DNA of 64,000 nucleotides from the human T2T-CHM13v2.0 reference genome, Homo sapiens. Below the pieces are notes generated by a model. The model saw only the letters and a program-made list of their open reading frames with translations. It made no database searches and had not been told where the DNA came from. Positions within the stretch are counted from its first letter, which is position 1. Each line of letters opens with the position of its first letter. Location of the stretch: assembly GCF_009914755.1 (NCBI RefSeq), contig NC_060930.1, one strand, 5' to 3'. Positions 1 through 13,306 of this stretch are shown one piece after another. Position numbers and translations under genes: made by a program.

Positions 1-1112
1 GCTTTGTGGAGTGGCACTGTATTTTTTTTAGTCTACATTGACAGCATACAATATAATGGTTCATTTAGGATGAGTTTTTATGGGGCCTGTCAAGATTTAG
101 CTGTGTTTTGCATAGTAAACCTAATATTAAATGACAAAATGCATCATAGCAGATACTTCACAACCATTAAGGTGAAGGCAGCAAATGTGTAGAAGATTAC
201 TGTGCATTGCAAATGGTGGAGCAGCTAAGATAATAAATAAAGTATAATTGAAATCCAGGGGGCTTTGAATATTAGTGGTGTAACAACTCTGATCTACAGT
301 GTGTGTGAGAAATGCTGTAGGAAGATTGGCTGCAACTCATGTGTGTTGGTCTCTTTGCACAGCAGGTGATGTGCTGAACTTAATAACCCGCTGTTCAATT
401 TTTTATTTAAAAAATAAGATGAGAGCTAAGTCACAATTGCTTTGGGCAAGTGTCTTATAAAAATGTTTGTGTTTAGAAGTGAGCTAATTTGATTAGAGAG
501 CCATGAAATCTGTTCAACAGGGTAATGGAACGTCAACTAAATCTAAACTGGCAAAAACCCAGGACTTTGAAAATTAATGAATATTCAATATTGACATGCT
601 CTGAAAATAGATATCTTAAATACAAGGAAGGAAAAAGGGCAGGAGAGAGACGAAGAGACTCTACAGCATTTGTGACATTTCCATTTCTGTCATAAAGTGT
701 TGTGGGAAAACAATCACACAGGTAAGTCACCGTTAACAATTTATAACTCTGTGAGGTCAGGGAATATGTTTTATTTATTTTTGTAATTCCTGACCCTCAA
801 AATCCATATCTCATGCTTTTCACCTAGCAACATTTCAAACACTTGCTACATTTTTGCCAGATAAGGAATAACATCATCTATCAGGATGTACTTCACGTTT
901 ATTGGCTACAGAAGCCAGTTAGATACAGAACAGGGAATTAGGTTTTAATGGCAAATAAAGGAATGGCCCCTGCTTTTAAAAAAGTAAAATGAATGGGAAA
1001 GACATTACTTATATCTATAAAACCAATTGCTAAAAACATGAGAGTAAGTAGCCCGCTGGTGTTCACTTTGTTAGAGGTCAGACACTGACCTGGGTTATCA
1101 AAGTGTTATTAA

Positions 1113-1487
<375 letters not shown>

Positions 1488-1643
1488 CATTTATCTTATT
1501 AAAATAAAAAAGAATATTTTCCAACACCTCAAAAATATCTCCTCAAAAATAAATAAAAAATTTTTAAAAATATCACATATAAATATGTAACACTACTTAA
1601 TCAGTGTCACAACAAAACCTTTGTCTACTCCATTGCTCAGTAA

Positions 1644-1984
<341 letters not shown>

Positions 1985-2194
1985 TCCAGCTCACTTTCAA
2001 GCAACACGGGAATCTTATTATAGCTCAGTCCCTAGCTGACATTAATTCTTAGACTCTTCTTTATTTCTATGGCAAAGCATATTGAATAGTAGCAGGCTTT
2101 GTTTAGGTGAAGGATGAGGCATGGCAAAGCCATGGCAGGACAGAGACACAGTAACAGATGCACTATTTAGGTGGCCTAAGTAAAACACATCTAT

Positions 2195-2340
2195 AACTCA
2201 ACAAGTATTTATTAGCATCTTTTCCATATGCAGCATTATGCTAAACCTAATGGTTTACAAAAGCGAATTAGAAGCTGGCACTGCCCCAAAGAATCTTAGA
2301 TTGCAGTGGAGAAAATAATTCACAGACATAAATAGTTAAG
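2195..2340 (-). mobile_element. L2 LINE 3' fragment
   Basis: caacaagtatttattagcatct...ctgccccaaagaatcttag resembles the reverse of the L2 3' end. Confidence 0.55.
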
Positions 2341-2971
2341 AAGGAGAGAGTTTCTACCAGAGAAAATACCTCTGTGGTAGAGCAGATTCATTGTTTATGT
2401 TGACAAGATTTCAATTTCTATTTCTTGTCTCATATTCTCAACTGACCATTAGTTTGGCCTTGTACTATCAAATGCTCTTTGAGCTGGGAATTTCCAATCT
2501 TATGTCCAAAAAAAATGGCCCTTTTATCTCTTTTCCCAACTCCCACATACTTTACTTTATTGCTCAATTTCTCAATTGCACAAAAATCAAATCTATTTCT
2601 GAAGAATTCAGGTTTATAATCTAAAAATGGTTTATTCCTAAACTGACTATATATCTCTGTTTGATGGAAACCATCCTGGAATATACCTATTTTCTTACCT
2701 GAAATATTAATGGAATTTTTAAAAATCACTTCCAAAAGTGTTCTGCTTTGGATAAATTATATGATTACCCTATAAATCCCATCCCCTCATGTTTCTTATT
2801 CTCTATAATTAAGAGATCCCATGTGTCCCTTGTGATTCATCTTTACTTTTTGTCAGCCTCATGACTCAGGCTTGTATCAGTTTTTGCCCAGATGTCTTTA
2901 GGATTCTCTGAATTATCTTTGAATCCTTCATTCTTTTCAGCACCATTTTACTGTAAAAAACAAAAGGAATA

Positions 2972-3288
2972 GGCTGGGCACAGTGGCTTATGCCTGTAAT
3001 CCCAGCACTTTGGAAGGATGAGGTGGGCAGATCACTTGAGGTCAGGAGTTCAAGACCAGCCTGACCAACATGATGAAACCTTGCCTCTACTAAAAATACA
3101 AAATTAGCTGGGCGTGGTAGCACGTGCCTATAACCCCAGCTACTTGGGAGGCCGAGGCAGGAGAATAGCTTGAACCCAGGAAGTGGAGTTTGCCGTGGGC
3201 CGAGAGCATACCATTGCACTCCAGCTGGGGCAACAAGAGCAAAACGCTGTCTCAAAACAAACAAGCCAAGAAACAAACAAAAAACAAA
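2972..3288 (+). mobile_element. Alu SINE (AluS-like)
   Basis: ggctgggcacagtggcttatgcctgtaatcccagc...; A-rich tail; TSD aaaaaacaaaaggaata on both sides. Confidence 0.97.
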
Positions 3289-3544
3289 AGGAATATAATG
3301 AAATTGTACTTTCAACGTGCTCTGATTATACTTATAAAACTTTTCTAATTTTTTTTTTCTTATTAATCAAACTCTAAAGTCCTCTGGATTTGGGGCCTTT
3401 ATTAACTGCCCTTCTCCTGGTGATTCCACTTTACTTTTCACTTTCCTTAATATTTCTGTCTAGTTTAGTTAGGCCAGTCCCACTTTTTGCTAAGTACAAC
3501 TCACTGTTTCCCATGTTGTTCCTATATCCTAACTGACCTTTGGT

Positions 3545-4025
3545 GTCATTCATGGTCTTGACAGGAAGTGGATGGCACATTCTACCAGGTGGGTCGAAGG
3601 AGTTTAGTTAGTGGACTATGAAATGTGTGCATGACTTAAGGAATCCAGCATTCCAGCCCTTGGGCTAGCCAGAATAGGAAGCCCCTAATCCTAGCTTTGA
3701 AATAACTGAGACAGGAAGAGTTACTGGAACCAGAATAGCTCTATGAGAAAGGCCTGTTAATTAGAGCAGTGAAATTGTATAGAGGGACACAGCCGACCCA
3801 TGGCGAATTACTAGAGGAGAGAGAGCTGGGTAAAGAATTTCTATGACATTATTCTCTACGTCCTTACTTATTTCCTGCTGGTGCCTTTTAATGGCCAAAC
3901 CCAACCGGGAATCAGAAGAGCAAAAGAATAGATTCAGTCTATACAGATGAGGTACTGGAACACAGGCCAGGGTGCAGAAATGAAGGCAGTGAATCTGGAG
4001 GAACAAATGGAAAATATCCAGCACA
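3545..4025 (-). mobile_element. ERVL solo LTR, LTR33-like
   Basis: Reverse complement of 3990-4025 is tgtgctggatattttccatttgttcctccagattc (LTR33 5' end as recalled); caggaagtggatggcaca at the other end. Confidence 0.7.
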
Positions 4026-4644
4026 GCTCTAATTTGTGCAATGACCTCTTCTCTACTTAGTGAAGCCTTATTATATATGCTTTTGCATGGAGAATCTGAA
4101 GTCACAAACACCCTTATGCCAGGTTAATAATTTGTACCTGTTCATCTATTCACATATTTTACGTACCCACTGACTTATATTTGGACTCATACTAATTAGC
4201 TCAGGGGCCCAATTAGAAAAACAGAGAACCGAAAACTGAGGAACTGAAGCATGTGGTTTGCTTTGGAAAGGTAAGAGAATTGTAGAATATAATTTAATTA
4301 GTTGTGGGGCTGTATGCATTATTATCTCATTCTACTATTGGATAGAAAGCCATTTACATTTGAGATTATTTTTTAAGTATTAACCAGTAGAGTACATTAT
4401 CAAAGGGATTGTGTTCAGTGACTTCTTGGGTCATTTTCCATGAATGTTGGAACTCTAAATTGGCAGGAGAAAGAGAGAAGGCAGCTTCTTGTAATAAACA
4501 CATTTGATGATGAGGCTCTTCATGGAAGGAATGAGAATTGGCTTAGTAGTTTTGTAGACTGATTTTTACACACATGATTTTTCTATTAATTACTTAAAAG
4601 ACGAGACGATTAGTAAGAAGGTAGAAATGTTTGACACAGTTATG

Positions 4645-5240
4645 TACATTTCTGTTAGACACCAGCATCCATTCCCCTTTCCTCTTGATAAAAGTATATT
4701 CTTCTTTTTATTGGGGTTTTGTCATTTCCCCATGCAACCCATATATTTCAGAGGAAACTAGATGCCTCTTCAGCCACAGAAGTAAGGCCTCATTGGCTAA
4801 AAATAATCTACCACATCTCTTCCTCTGTTCAGAGTGATTGATTCAGGGCCTATATTCTAAATGTGAGCAAGGAACTGAGGGGTAACATTATCTGAAATTC
4901 CTGGAAAATATACTTTTTCACTATTCTGACAGAACCATGGTAGAGACATTTGCTCTTATCTATGTGACATAAATGAAAAAGAATAGAAGCCTGGGAGACA
5001 TTGTAAGACAATGTGAGACCACAAGGACAGAAAGTTGCTAAGAATGGAGTGAATACCAAGGAGGAAGAACTGGGGAAAGGAGAGGGTTTTGGTCAGAAAT
5101 GTGAACTGCCAAAGCAAGCTTTCTCTGAATATAGATAGAAAAGTTCATAACATTTTACTTAGGTGGGCCAATATAATTCTTTTATAGTTTGTGCTATTTT
5201 GACCTAACTTTTCTTTGGTAACAACCAAAAGATTATACAT
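4645..5240 (+). mobile_element. Old ERVL/MaLR-class LTR (subfamily uncertain)
   Basis: ccattcccctttcctcttgata start; gggccaatataattct...taacaaccaaaaga end typical of LTR16/MLT1-class LTRs. Confidence 0.55.
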
Positions 5241-5526
5241 TGATATTGAAGAGTAGAACCATAATAGTAACTTAATTTTTGGCATCTTCCTTCCTCATTT
5301 TGGTCTACTGCTTATTTGATATGATTATTTTTTATTTCTGTGAATTAATCATTCTTCACCTTTTAAAAGAGTTACATGTATTAAAATTTAAATATAAGAA
5401 CCATTTTGAGTTTTGCTTAAATCTTTTATTAGTCTTTCCCTTATCTGCAGATAACTGTAAATGCCACATATTCCTGTTAACCAGTATCAGGGACAGACTG
5501 GGTCTGGGCAGATTACATTAAATGGA

Positions 5527-5640
5527 GCCTCACCCAACCCTAATTACCACCCAAAGGTCCCGTCTTCAAATGCCATCACATTAGAGGTTAGAGTTTCAAC
5601 ATATGAATTTTGGAAGGACGTAAACATTCAGCTCATAAGA
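5527..5640 (-). mobile_element. MLT1A LTR, 5' part (inverted)
   Basis: Reverse complement reads ttatgagctgaatgtttacgtccttccaaaattcatatgttgaaactctaacc...ggtaattagggtt. Confidence 0.85.
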
Positions 5641-5769
5641 GCAGGCCTGAAAAGTTTTTATTTAGCCGATGCAACTTATATTGGCCCCAACTAATTTTCC
5701 TGGCACTCATCCCCAATCTTTCACTGTTTCTATATATATCACAGCAAAACTGGTGATAACTTACTGTAA

Positions 5770-6013
5770 GGGACTAGTGCCCATATAAGAAGAAACACCA
5801 GAGAGCTTACTGTCTCTCTTTCTCTTTACCATGTAAGGACACAGCCAAAAGGTGGTTGTCTGCAAGCCTGGAAGTGAGCCCTCACTAGGAACTGAGTTGA
5901 CAAGAACCTTGACCTTGAACTTACCAGCCATCAGAACTTTAAGAAAATAAATTTTTTGTTATTTAATACATTTGGTATTTTTTTTGTTATGGCAGCTTGA
6001 GCAGACTAGGACA
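5770..6013 (+). mobile_element. MLT1A LTR, 3' part
   Basis: gggactagtgcccatataagaagaaacaccagagagc...gttatggcagcttgagcagactaggaca. Confidence 0.88.
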
Positions 6014-7299
6014 TCACCCTTTCTTCGTGAATATTTGGCCATGTTTTCATTTGTATTTTAATATTTTGAAATTTTAACCATCACTTTTGAATTTTTTGCA
6101 GAGGGATGATGCATTCTTCAAGGAGGTTATATATGACAGCAGTAATTTATAGATGTTAGTCATTATGTGAAATCCATCAGTCTTTACTGGGCTTTTCTCT
6201 TCCTTTAGAAGCTGGACAAGTGGAAAAATATAACATTTCAATAGAAAGAAAACCTATGGATTTGCAGAAAAAAATGTAATTCACTTACATACACTAATAA
6301 AAGTTTCAGTATGTTAGTATAGCTGACAATCAAGGTGTATTAAATTCTTAATTTGAGGAGTGAATATTGTTAGGATGCATAATAATCAGTAATTCTCATT
6401 TTCGAGCATACAACATTAAAAACATTCATTTTCTCCAAATGGCTGAGCAGTTTTATGTCAACCATAACAAATTTAACCATGAAAATCTTTTAGCAAATTT
6501 CATGTGTATTAACTTAAAAATGTGTAATGAAAACTTTAGTTTACAACAAAGAGCGCCTTAATTTATTAAATTAAATAAGGAGTGCTAAATATAATAATAT
6601 ATACTGCTCGAACAACCAACAATTAAGAAAAATTATTTCTGAATGTTTTGTCAATTACTTGCTAATCTGTGAAGTTCTGTAATATGGCCTCCTGCCATAG
6701 TAAATTGAGGTTTCAGTGTAAACTAGATGATGCATTCTTCTGGAAATTCCTTTTACAACACAATTAACCTCTTCACCTTGCCAAAAACACATTGTTACCA
6801 TATTGGGATGCTATTTAATTTAATATGCTGTATATGGTACTAATCAGTGCCAAATAACATTTTTAATTTCCCTAAAATTTATTTTACATTTGTTAGGCTT
6901 TCAGCTACTAATTACACCATATTTCAGTTTTTATACAATACTTTGATCCAGTATATAATAATAATGTGATAAACATTAACTGCAGGGCATTCTGGTGGTG
7001 GAATCTGTTTTATCAGATGTTAGTGAGTTGTTCAATGAAAAACCAAAAGAAAGTCACTAGGAATAACTACATGATGTATCTTGCATGAAACTACCATTTC
7101 AAAAGACATGCCGAGCTTTTTCTCTTTCAGAAAATGTTTCATTCAAGAAGTAATAAAAGTGTTTCAGAAGCACATATGAATAATGAATAAAGAAAATCAT
7201 AAACAGGAACAAAAATACTAACACAACAGCAAACGAATGCTTTAAGAAGGGGTTTATTTTATAGCTTTAACTGTAAACTATATTATTTTAGGGCTTATG

Positions 7300-7460
7300 T
7301 TAAAATTGGAAGTGCACTTAGAAATGATTCACTGCCACTCTCTAGCCTCATATCAATCCCTGTTATAACAATGCCATTGAGTGGAAGGCCAGCCTGTGCT
7401 TGAACACCTCCAGGGAGAGGAAATTCATTACCTTATAGGGCAGCTCATTACCTTGCCATG
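7300..7460. mobile_element. L3/CR1 LINE fragment
   Basis: cagcctgtgcttgaacacctccagggagaggaaattcattacc...ggcagctcatt resembles L3. Confidence 0.5.
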
Positions 7461-7509
7461 AAATATTCCTTCATAATCTATAAGGCTGCATATATGTATG
7501 TCACCCTTC

Positions 7510-7620
7510 TTTGATTGTAAACTAGAGATCGAGACTAAGTCTTATTCATATTGTTATCTTGTCATAATATCTAGCACAGGGCCACTTACATGAAAGGTGT
7601 TCAACTAGTGTGTTAACTGG
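7510..7620 (+). mobile_element. L2 3' end fragment
   Basis: gattgtaaact...tctagcacagggcc...ggtgttcaac. Confidence 0.55.
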
Positions 7621-8149
7621 ATGCTGAGCTAAGGATGGATGTCTATTCTAAGTAGCTTTAAAAGAGTCCTAGCTGTGATCTCTTTAAAGAATCTCAGAAA
7701 GCTTCCCTAGGGTGTCACCACAGATATGTGTAAAAATAATAGGTAACCAACATGTGTTTTTATTTAACTCTACTGCCAGTGTGATTTTATTTCATGAATT
7801 CTCCTTTTGTTGCTCATCCTTTTGCTGATGCTTCTATTAAATGTGTCTGAACTAGATAAATTGTATCACAAAAACTTTATTTTACCATATTTAGGAGGAA
7901 AACACAAACTGAGACACTGGTCATAAAAATTTACTGTTTCAGCAGCTGTTTGGTTATAAAATTATTGTACTAAAAGCTTATAAATATGTGCTGCACATTC
8001 ATTTAGGGGGAAAGTAGCACTTTATGGCTTTTTATCACTTTTTAGACATGATATTCAGTAATGAATTAAAGCAATTTTTAGGAAAACCACTTTTATGAAT
8101 TTGCTCCAGAATCACACTGTCTTGTCAGAGTTAAGGCAGGGAAGAAAAG

Positions 8150-8360
8150 GAATATTGACCCAGAGTCCAAGGTCTGAGTTTTGAGTACTGATCTGCTACT
8201 TTTTACCAAGTGACATTGAAATATCATTTAACTTTGAAAAGATTCAGCTTTCTTATGTGTAAAATGATGAAAAGGCACATGCCCTGCCTATTCAAAGGGT
8301 AGCAGCAGGATCAAACAAATCATTGTGCTGAAAATTACTTTGTGAAATAGAAAGCTCTCT
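8150..8360 (+). mobile_element. MIR SINE
   Basis: gagttttgagtactgatctgctact...cagctttcttatgtgtaaaatg core. Confidence 0.6.
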
Positions 8361-11065
8361 ATGTGCCCCGATGGACTATGTCCTCCCTGCAGTGTCCCTG
8401 CTTTCCCCACTGGAGCACTTTTTCTGACAGCCTCCCACCAGGGTGTGTTTGTCTACAACCCCACTGCCATTCCCCAACCACCAGAGTGCTTTCTGCCTCT
8501 GCCATCCCCACTTCCCCCAACAGAAAGCTTCCCCCCAGCACCCCTGCCACTCCTGATGGAGTACTGCTGACAGTGGTCTGGGAGCATGTTGGCCTCTCCA
8601 GCCCAAATGGGACTTGACCTCAAGAGACCAGAAGACAAAGTCACAGGTCCAGTTCCAGGCACCCAGGGTTACAGCATACATCCCAGGAGTGAGGAGTTGA
8701 GCTTTGGCCCTCTGAAATGAAGTCATTTAACTATACCCAACTTGTATGATAGTCAAACCCTCAAGTACAATAAGGAACATAAAAAAAAAAGCCCCATCTG
8801 AAAAACAGCAACTTTAAAGGATAAAGTAACATCAGCCCTCACAGATGAGAAAGGATCAACTCAAGAACTCTGGCAACTTACAAAGCCACAGTGTCTTCTT
8901 ATCTCCAAATGATTACACTAGCTTCCCAGCCTTGGGTCTTAACCATATTGAAATGGCTGAAATGTCAGAATTAGAATTCAGAATCTGGGTGGCAGGAAAG
9001 CTCATCAAAATACAATAGAAGATGTAGAAACCCAATCCAAGGAAAACAGTAAAGTGATCCAAGATTTGAAACATGCCACAACCATTTTAAAAAGAAACCA
9101 AACTGAATTTCTGGAAATAAAGTCACTATAGGAATGTCAAAATACAATTGGAAGCATTAACAAAAGAATAGATCAAGGTGAGAAAGAATCTCAGAACTTG
9201 AAGACCACTCCTTCAAAGCAACACAGCAGACAAATTTTTTTTTTAAAAAAAGTATTTTTAAAAAATGAACAAAACCTTTGAGAAATACGGGATTCCAAAA
9301 AGAGACCAAATCTAGGTATCATTGGCATTCCTGAAAGAGAGAAAGAACAAGCAATTTGGAAAACTTATTTATGGATATAGTCCCCATGAAAAATTTCCCA
9401 ATATTACTATAGAGGTCACCATGCAAAGTCAAGAAATTCAGAGAAACCTTGTGAGATTGTTACAAGATGACTACCTCAAGACACATGGTCATCAGAGTCT
9501 GCAAGGTCAACATGAAAGAGAAAATCTTAAAGGCAGGTAGAAAGAAGGGCCAGGTCACTTAGAAGGGGAAACCCATTGAGCTAACAGTAAACCTTTCAGA
9601 GGAACCCTTACAAGCCAGAAGAGATTGGGGGCCTATTTTTGACACCCTTAAGGAAAAGAAATTCCAACCAAGCATTTCATATTCCACCAAACTAAGATTC
9701 GTAAGTGAAGGAGAAACAAAATTCTTGTCAGACAAGCAAATGCTAAGGGAATTCACTACCATTAGAGAGGCTTTTCAAGAGGTCCTAAAGGAAGTGCTAA
9801 ACATGGAAATGAAAGAATAATAGTTGCCACCACAAAAACACACTTAATTACATAGTCCATTGACATTATAAAACAACTATACAATCAAATCTACATAACA
9901 ACTAGCTAACAGCATAACAGGATTAAATCCTCACATATGAATACTGACCTTGAATATAAATGGGCTACATGCCATACTTAAAAGGCATTGAGTAGCAAGT
10001 TGGATAAAGAAGCAAGATCTAATTTCTGCTGTCTTCAAGAAACCTTTCTCACAAGTAATAACACTTATAGGCTCAAAGTAAAGGGATAGAGGAAAGATCT
10101 ATCAGGCAAACAAAACAAAAAAGAGCAGAGGTGGCTATTACATAAAATAAAACAGTTTAAATCAGTGTGATCGAATAGGGCAAAGAAGGGCATTATTACA
10201 TAATGATAAAAGATCCAATCTAACAAGAGACTTACATCTTAAATATATATTCACCCAACATTGGAGCACCTATATTCATAAAACAAGTTCTTAGAGATCT
10301 ATGAAGCAATTTAGATAACCACACAATAATAGTGGGGGACTTCAGCATCCCACTGATGGCAGTAGAAAGATCATCAAGAAAGATAACTAATAAAGATATT
10401 CAGGACTTCACTTCAATACTTGACTAATTGGCCCTAATAGACATACAGAACTCTCCACCCAACAACAAAATATACATTATTCTCATCTGCATGTGGCACA
10501 TAATCTAAAATCAGCTACATGCTCAGCCGTAACACAAGTCTGCACAAATTCAAAAAAAGCAAAATTATATCAACCACACTCTCAGCCCACAGTTCAATAA
10601 AAAAAGAAATCAATACCAAGAAGATCTGTCAAAACCATAAAATTACATGAAAGTTAAACAGCCTGCTCCTGAATGACTTTGGGTAAAGATCAAAATTAAC
10701 ACAGAAATAAAAAAATTCTTTGAAACTAATGAAAACAGACACAACATACCAAAATCTCTGGAACACAGCTGAAGCAGTGTTAAGAGGAAAGTTTGCAGAA
10801 CTAAATGCCTACATCAAAACATTGGAAAGATCTCAAATTCACAACCTAATGTTGCACCTAGAGGAATTAGAAAAATAAGAACAACCCCCGAACTAACAGA
10901 AGAAAAGAAATAACCAAAATACAAGCTGAACCAGAAGAAATTGAGATGCAGAAATTGACACAAAAGCTCAAGAATGCAATAGCTGGTTTGTCTAAAGATT
11001 GCAGAAGATTGATAAACCACTAGCTAGATTAATAAGGAAAAAAGAGAAAATATCCAATTAAACAC

Positions 11066-13306
11066 TGATATGGTCTGGCTATGTCTCCACCCAAATCTCA
11101 GGTTGAATTCCCACATCTGTGGGAGGCACTTGGTGGGAGGTAATTGAATCGTGGAGGCAGGTCTTTCCCACTCTGTTCTCATGATAGTGAGTAAGTCTCA
11201 TGAAATCTGATGGCTTTATAAGGCAGAGTTTCCCTGCACAAGCTCTCTTTTTGCCTGCTGCCATTCAAGTAAGATGTCACTTGCTCTTCCTTGCCTTCCA
11301 TCATGATTGTAATGCCTCCCCAGCCATGTGGAACTGTAAGTCCATTAAACCCTTTTTCCTGTATAAATTATCCAGTCTTGGTATGTCTTTATCAGCAGCA
11401 ATGGACTAATACAGTAAATTGGCACCAGTAGAGTGGGTGCTGCCGAAAAGATACCTGAAAATGTGGAGGCAGCTTTGGAACTGGTTAACAGGCAGAAGCT
11501 GGAGCAGTTTGGAGGGCTCAGAAGAAGACTGGAAAATGTGGGAAAGTTTGGAACTCCCTAGAGAGTTGTTGAATGGCTTTGACCAAAATGCTGATAATGA
11601 TACAGACAAGGAAATCCAGTCTGAGGTAGTTTCAGATGGAGATGAGGAACTTGTTGGAAACTGGAGCAAATGTGACTCTTGTTACATTTTAGCAAAGAGT
11701 CTAGCAGCATTTTTCTCCTGCCCTAGAGATTTGTGGAACTTTGAACTTGACAGAGATGACTTAGGGTATCTGGCAGAAGAAATTTCTAAGCAGAAAAGCA
11801 TTCAAGAGGTGACTTGGGTGCTGCTAAAGGCATTCAGTTTTATAAGGGAAGCAGAGCATAAAAGTTCAGAAAATTTCCAGCCTGACAATGTGATAGAAAA
11901 GAAAATCCCATTTTTTGAGGAAAAGTTCAAGTTGGCTGCAGAAATTTGCATTAGTAACAGGGAGCCAAATGTTGATCGCCAAGAGAATGGGGAAGATGTC
12001 TCCAGGGCATGTCAGAGGTCTTCATGGCAGCCCCTCCCATCACAGGCCCAGAGGCCTCAGAGGAAAAAGTGGTTTCATGGGTTGGGCCCAGTGTCCCTGT
12101 GCTGTGTAGAGCCTAGGGACTTGGTGCCCTGCATCCCAGCCACTCCAGCCGTGGCTGAAAGGGGCCAACATAGAGCTTGGGCCATGGCTTTTGAGGGTGC
12201 AAGCCTCAAGCCTGGGGAGCTTCCATATAATATTGAGCCTGCAGTTGCATGGAAATCAAGAATTGGGGTTTGGGAACCTCTGCATAGATTTCAGAGAATG
12301 CATGGAAATACCTGGATGCCCAGGCAGAAGTTTGCTGCAGGAGCAGGGTCCTCAGGGAAAACCTCTAGTAAGGCAGTGCAGAAGGGAAATGTGTGGTTGG
12401 AGTCCCCATACAGAGTCCCTACTGGGGCACTGCTTAGTGGAGCTGTGAGAAGAGGGCCACTGTCCTCCATTCACCTGAAAAAGCCACAGATACACAATGC
12501 CAGCCTTTGATAGCAGCCAGGAGGGAGGCTGTACCCATCAGAGCCACAGGGGTGGAGCTGCATAAGACCATGGGAATCCACCTCTTGCATCAGTGTGACC
12601 TGGATGTGAGACATGTATATAGTCAAAGGAGATCATTTTGGAGATTTAAGCTTTGACTTCCCTTATGGATTTCATACTTGCATGGGGCCTGCAGTCCCTT
12701 TGTTTTGGCCAATTTCTTCCATTTGGAATAACTGTATTTACCAATGCCTGTGCCCTAACTGTATCTAGGAATTAATTAACCTGCTTTTGATTTTACAGGC
12801 TTGTAGGTGGAAGAGACTTGCCTTGTCTTGGATGAGACTTTGGACTGTGGACTTTTGAGTTAATGCTGAAATTAGTTAAGTCTTTGGGGGACTGTTGGGA
12901 AGGCATGATTGGTTTTGAAATGTGAGGATGTGAGATTTGGGGCGGGGGGTGGGCAGGGGCTGAATGATATGGCCTGGCTGTGTTCCCACCCAAATCTCAT
13001 CTTGAATTTCCACATGTTGTGGGAGGTACCTGGTGGGAGGTAATTGAATCATGAGGGCAGGTCTTTCCCATGCTGTTCTCATGATAGTGAATAAGTCTCA
13101 TGAGATCTGATGGCTTTATAAGGTGGAGTTTCCCTGCAAAACCTCTCTTTTTTCCTGCTACCATCTATGTAAGATGTTCCTTGCTCCTTCTTGCCTCCTG
13201 CCATGATTGTGAGGTCTCCCCAATCATGTGGAACTGTAAGTCCATGTATAAATTTCCTTATAAATTGGTTATGTCTTTATCAGCAGCATGAAAATGAACT
13301 AATACA
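11066..13306 (+). mobile_element. Complete THE1B MaLR provirus (LTR 11066-11413, internal 11414-12964, LTR 12965-13306)
   Basis: Both LTRs run tgatatgg...ctaataca; 5-bp TSD aacac/agcac; both LTRs share the same short deletion after ttgaatt. Confidence 0.95.
11461..12510 (+). pseudogene. THE1-internal gag-like ORF, 349 aa uninterrupted from ATG (C-terminus frameshifted)
   Basis: ORF track 11419..12510; MWESLELPRELLNGFDQNAD..EVVSDGDEELVGNWSK is the MaLR internal ORF signature. Confidence 0.8.

Noticed and set aside
2866-3315. 149-aa ORF and similar ORFs at 21639, 34181, 44637 and 46572/46576
   Set aside because: Antisense or sense Alu translations (e.g. [14 protein letters not shown]); not genes.
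6105-6740. Exact 15-mer gatgatgcattcttc occurring twice ~620 bp apart
   Set aside because: No extension of similarity and no element structure between the copies; plausibly chance.
6185-7180. Possible coding exons after acceptors at 6208 (AGQVEKYNISIERKPMDLQKK) and 7130
   Set aside because: Weak donor, very short frames, no recognisable protein similarity; expected by chance in AT-rich DNA.
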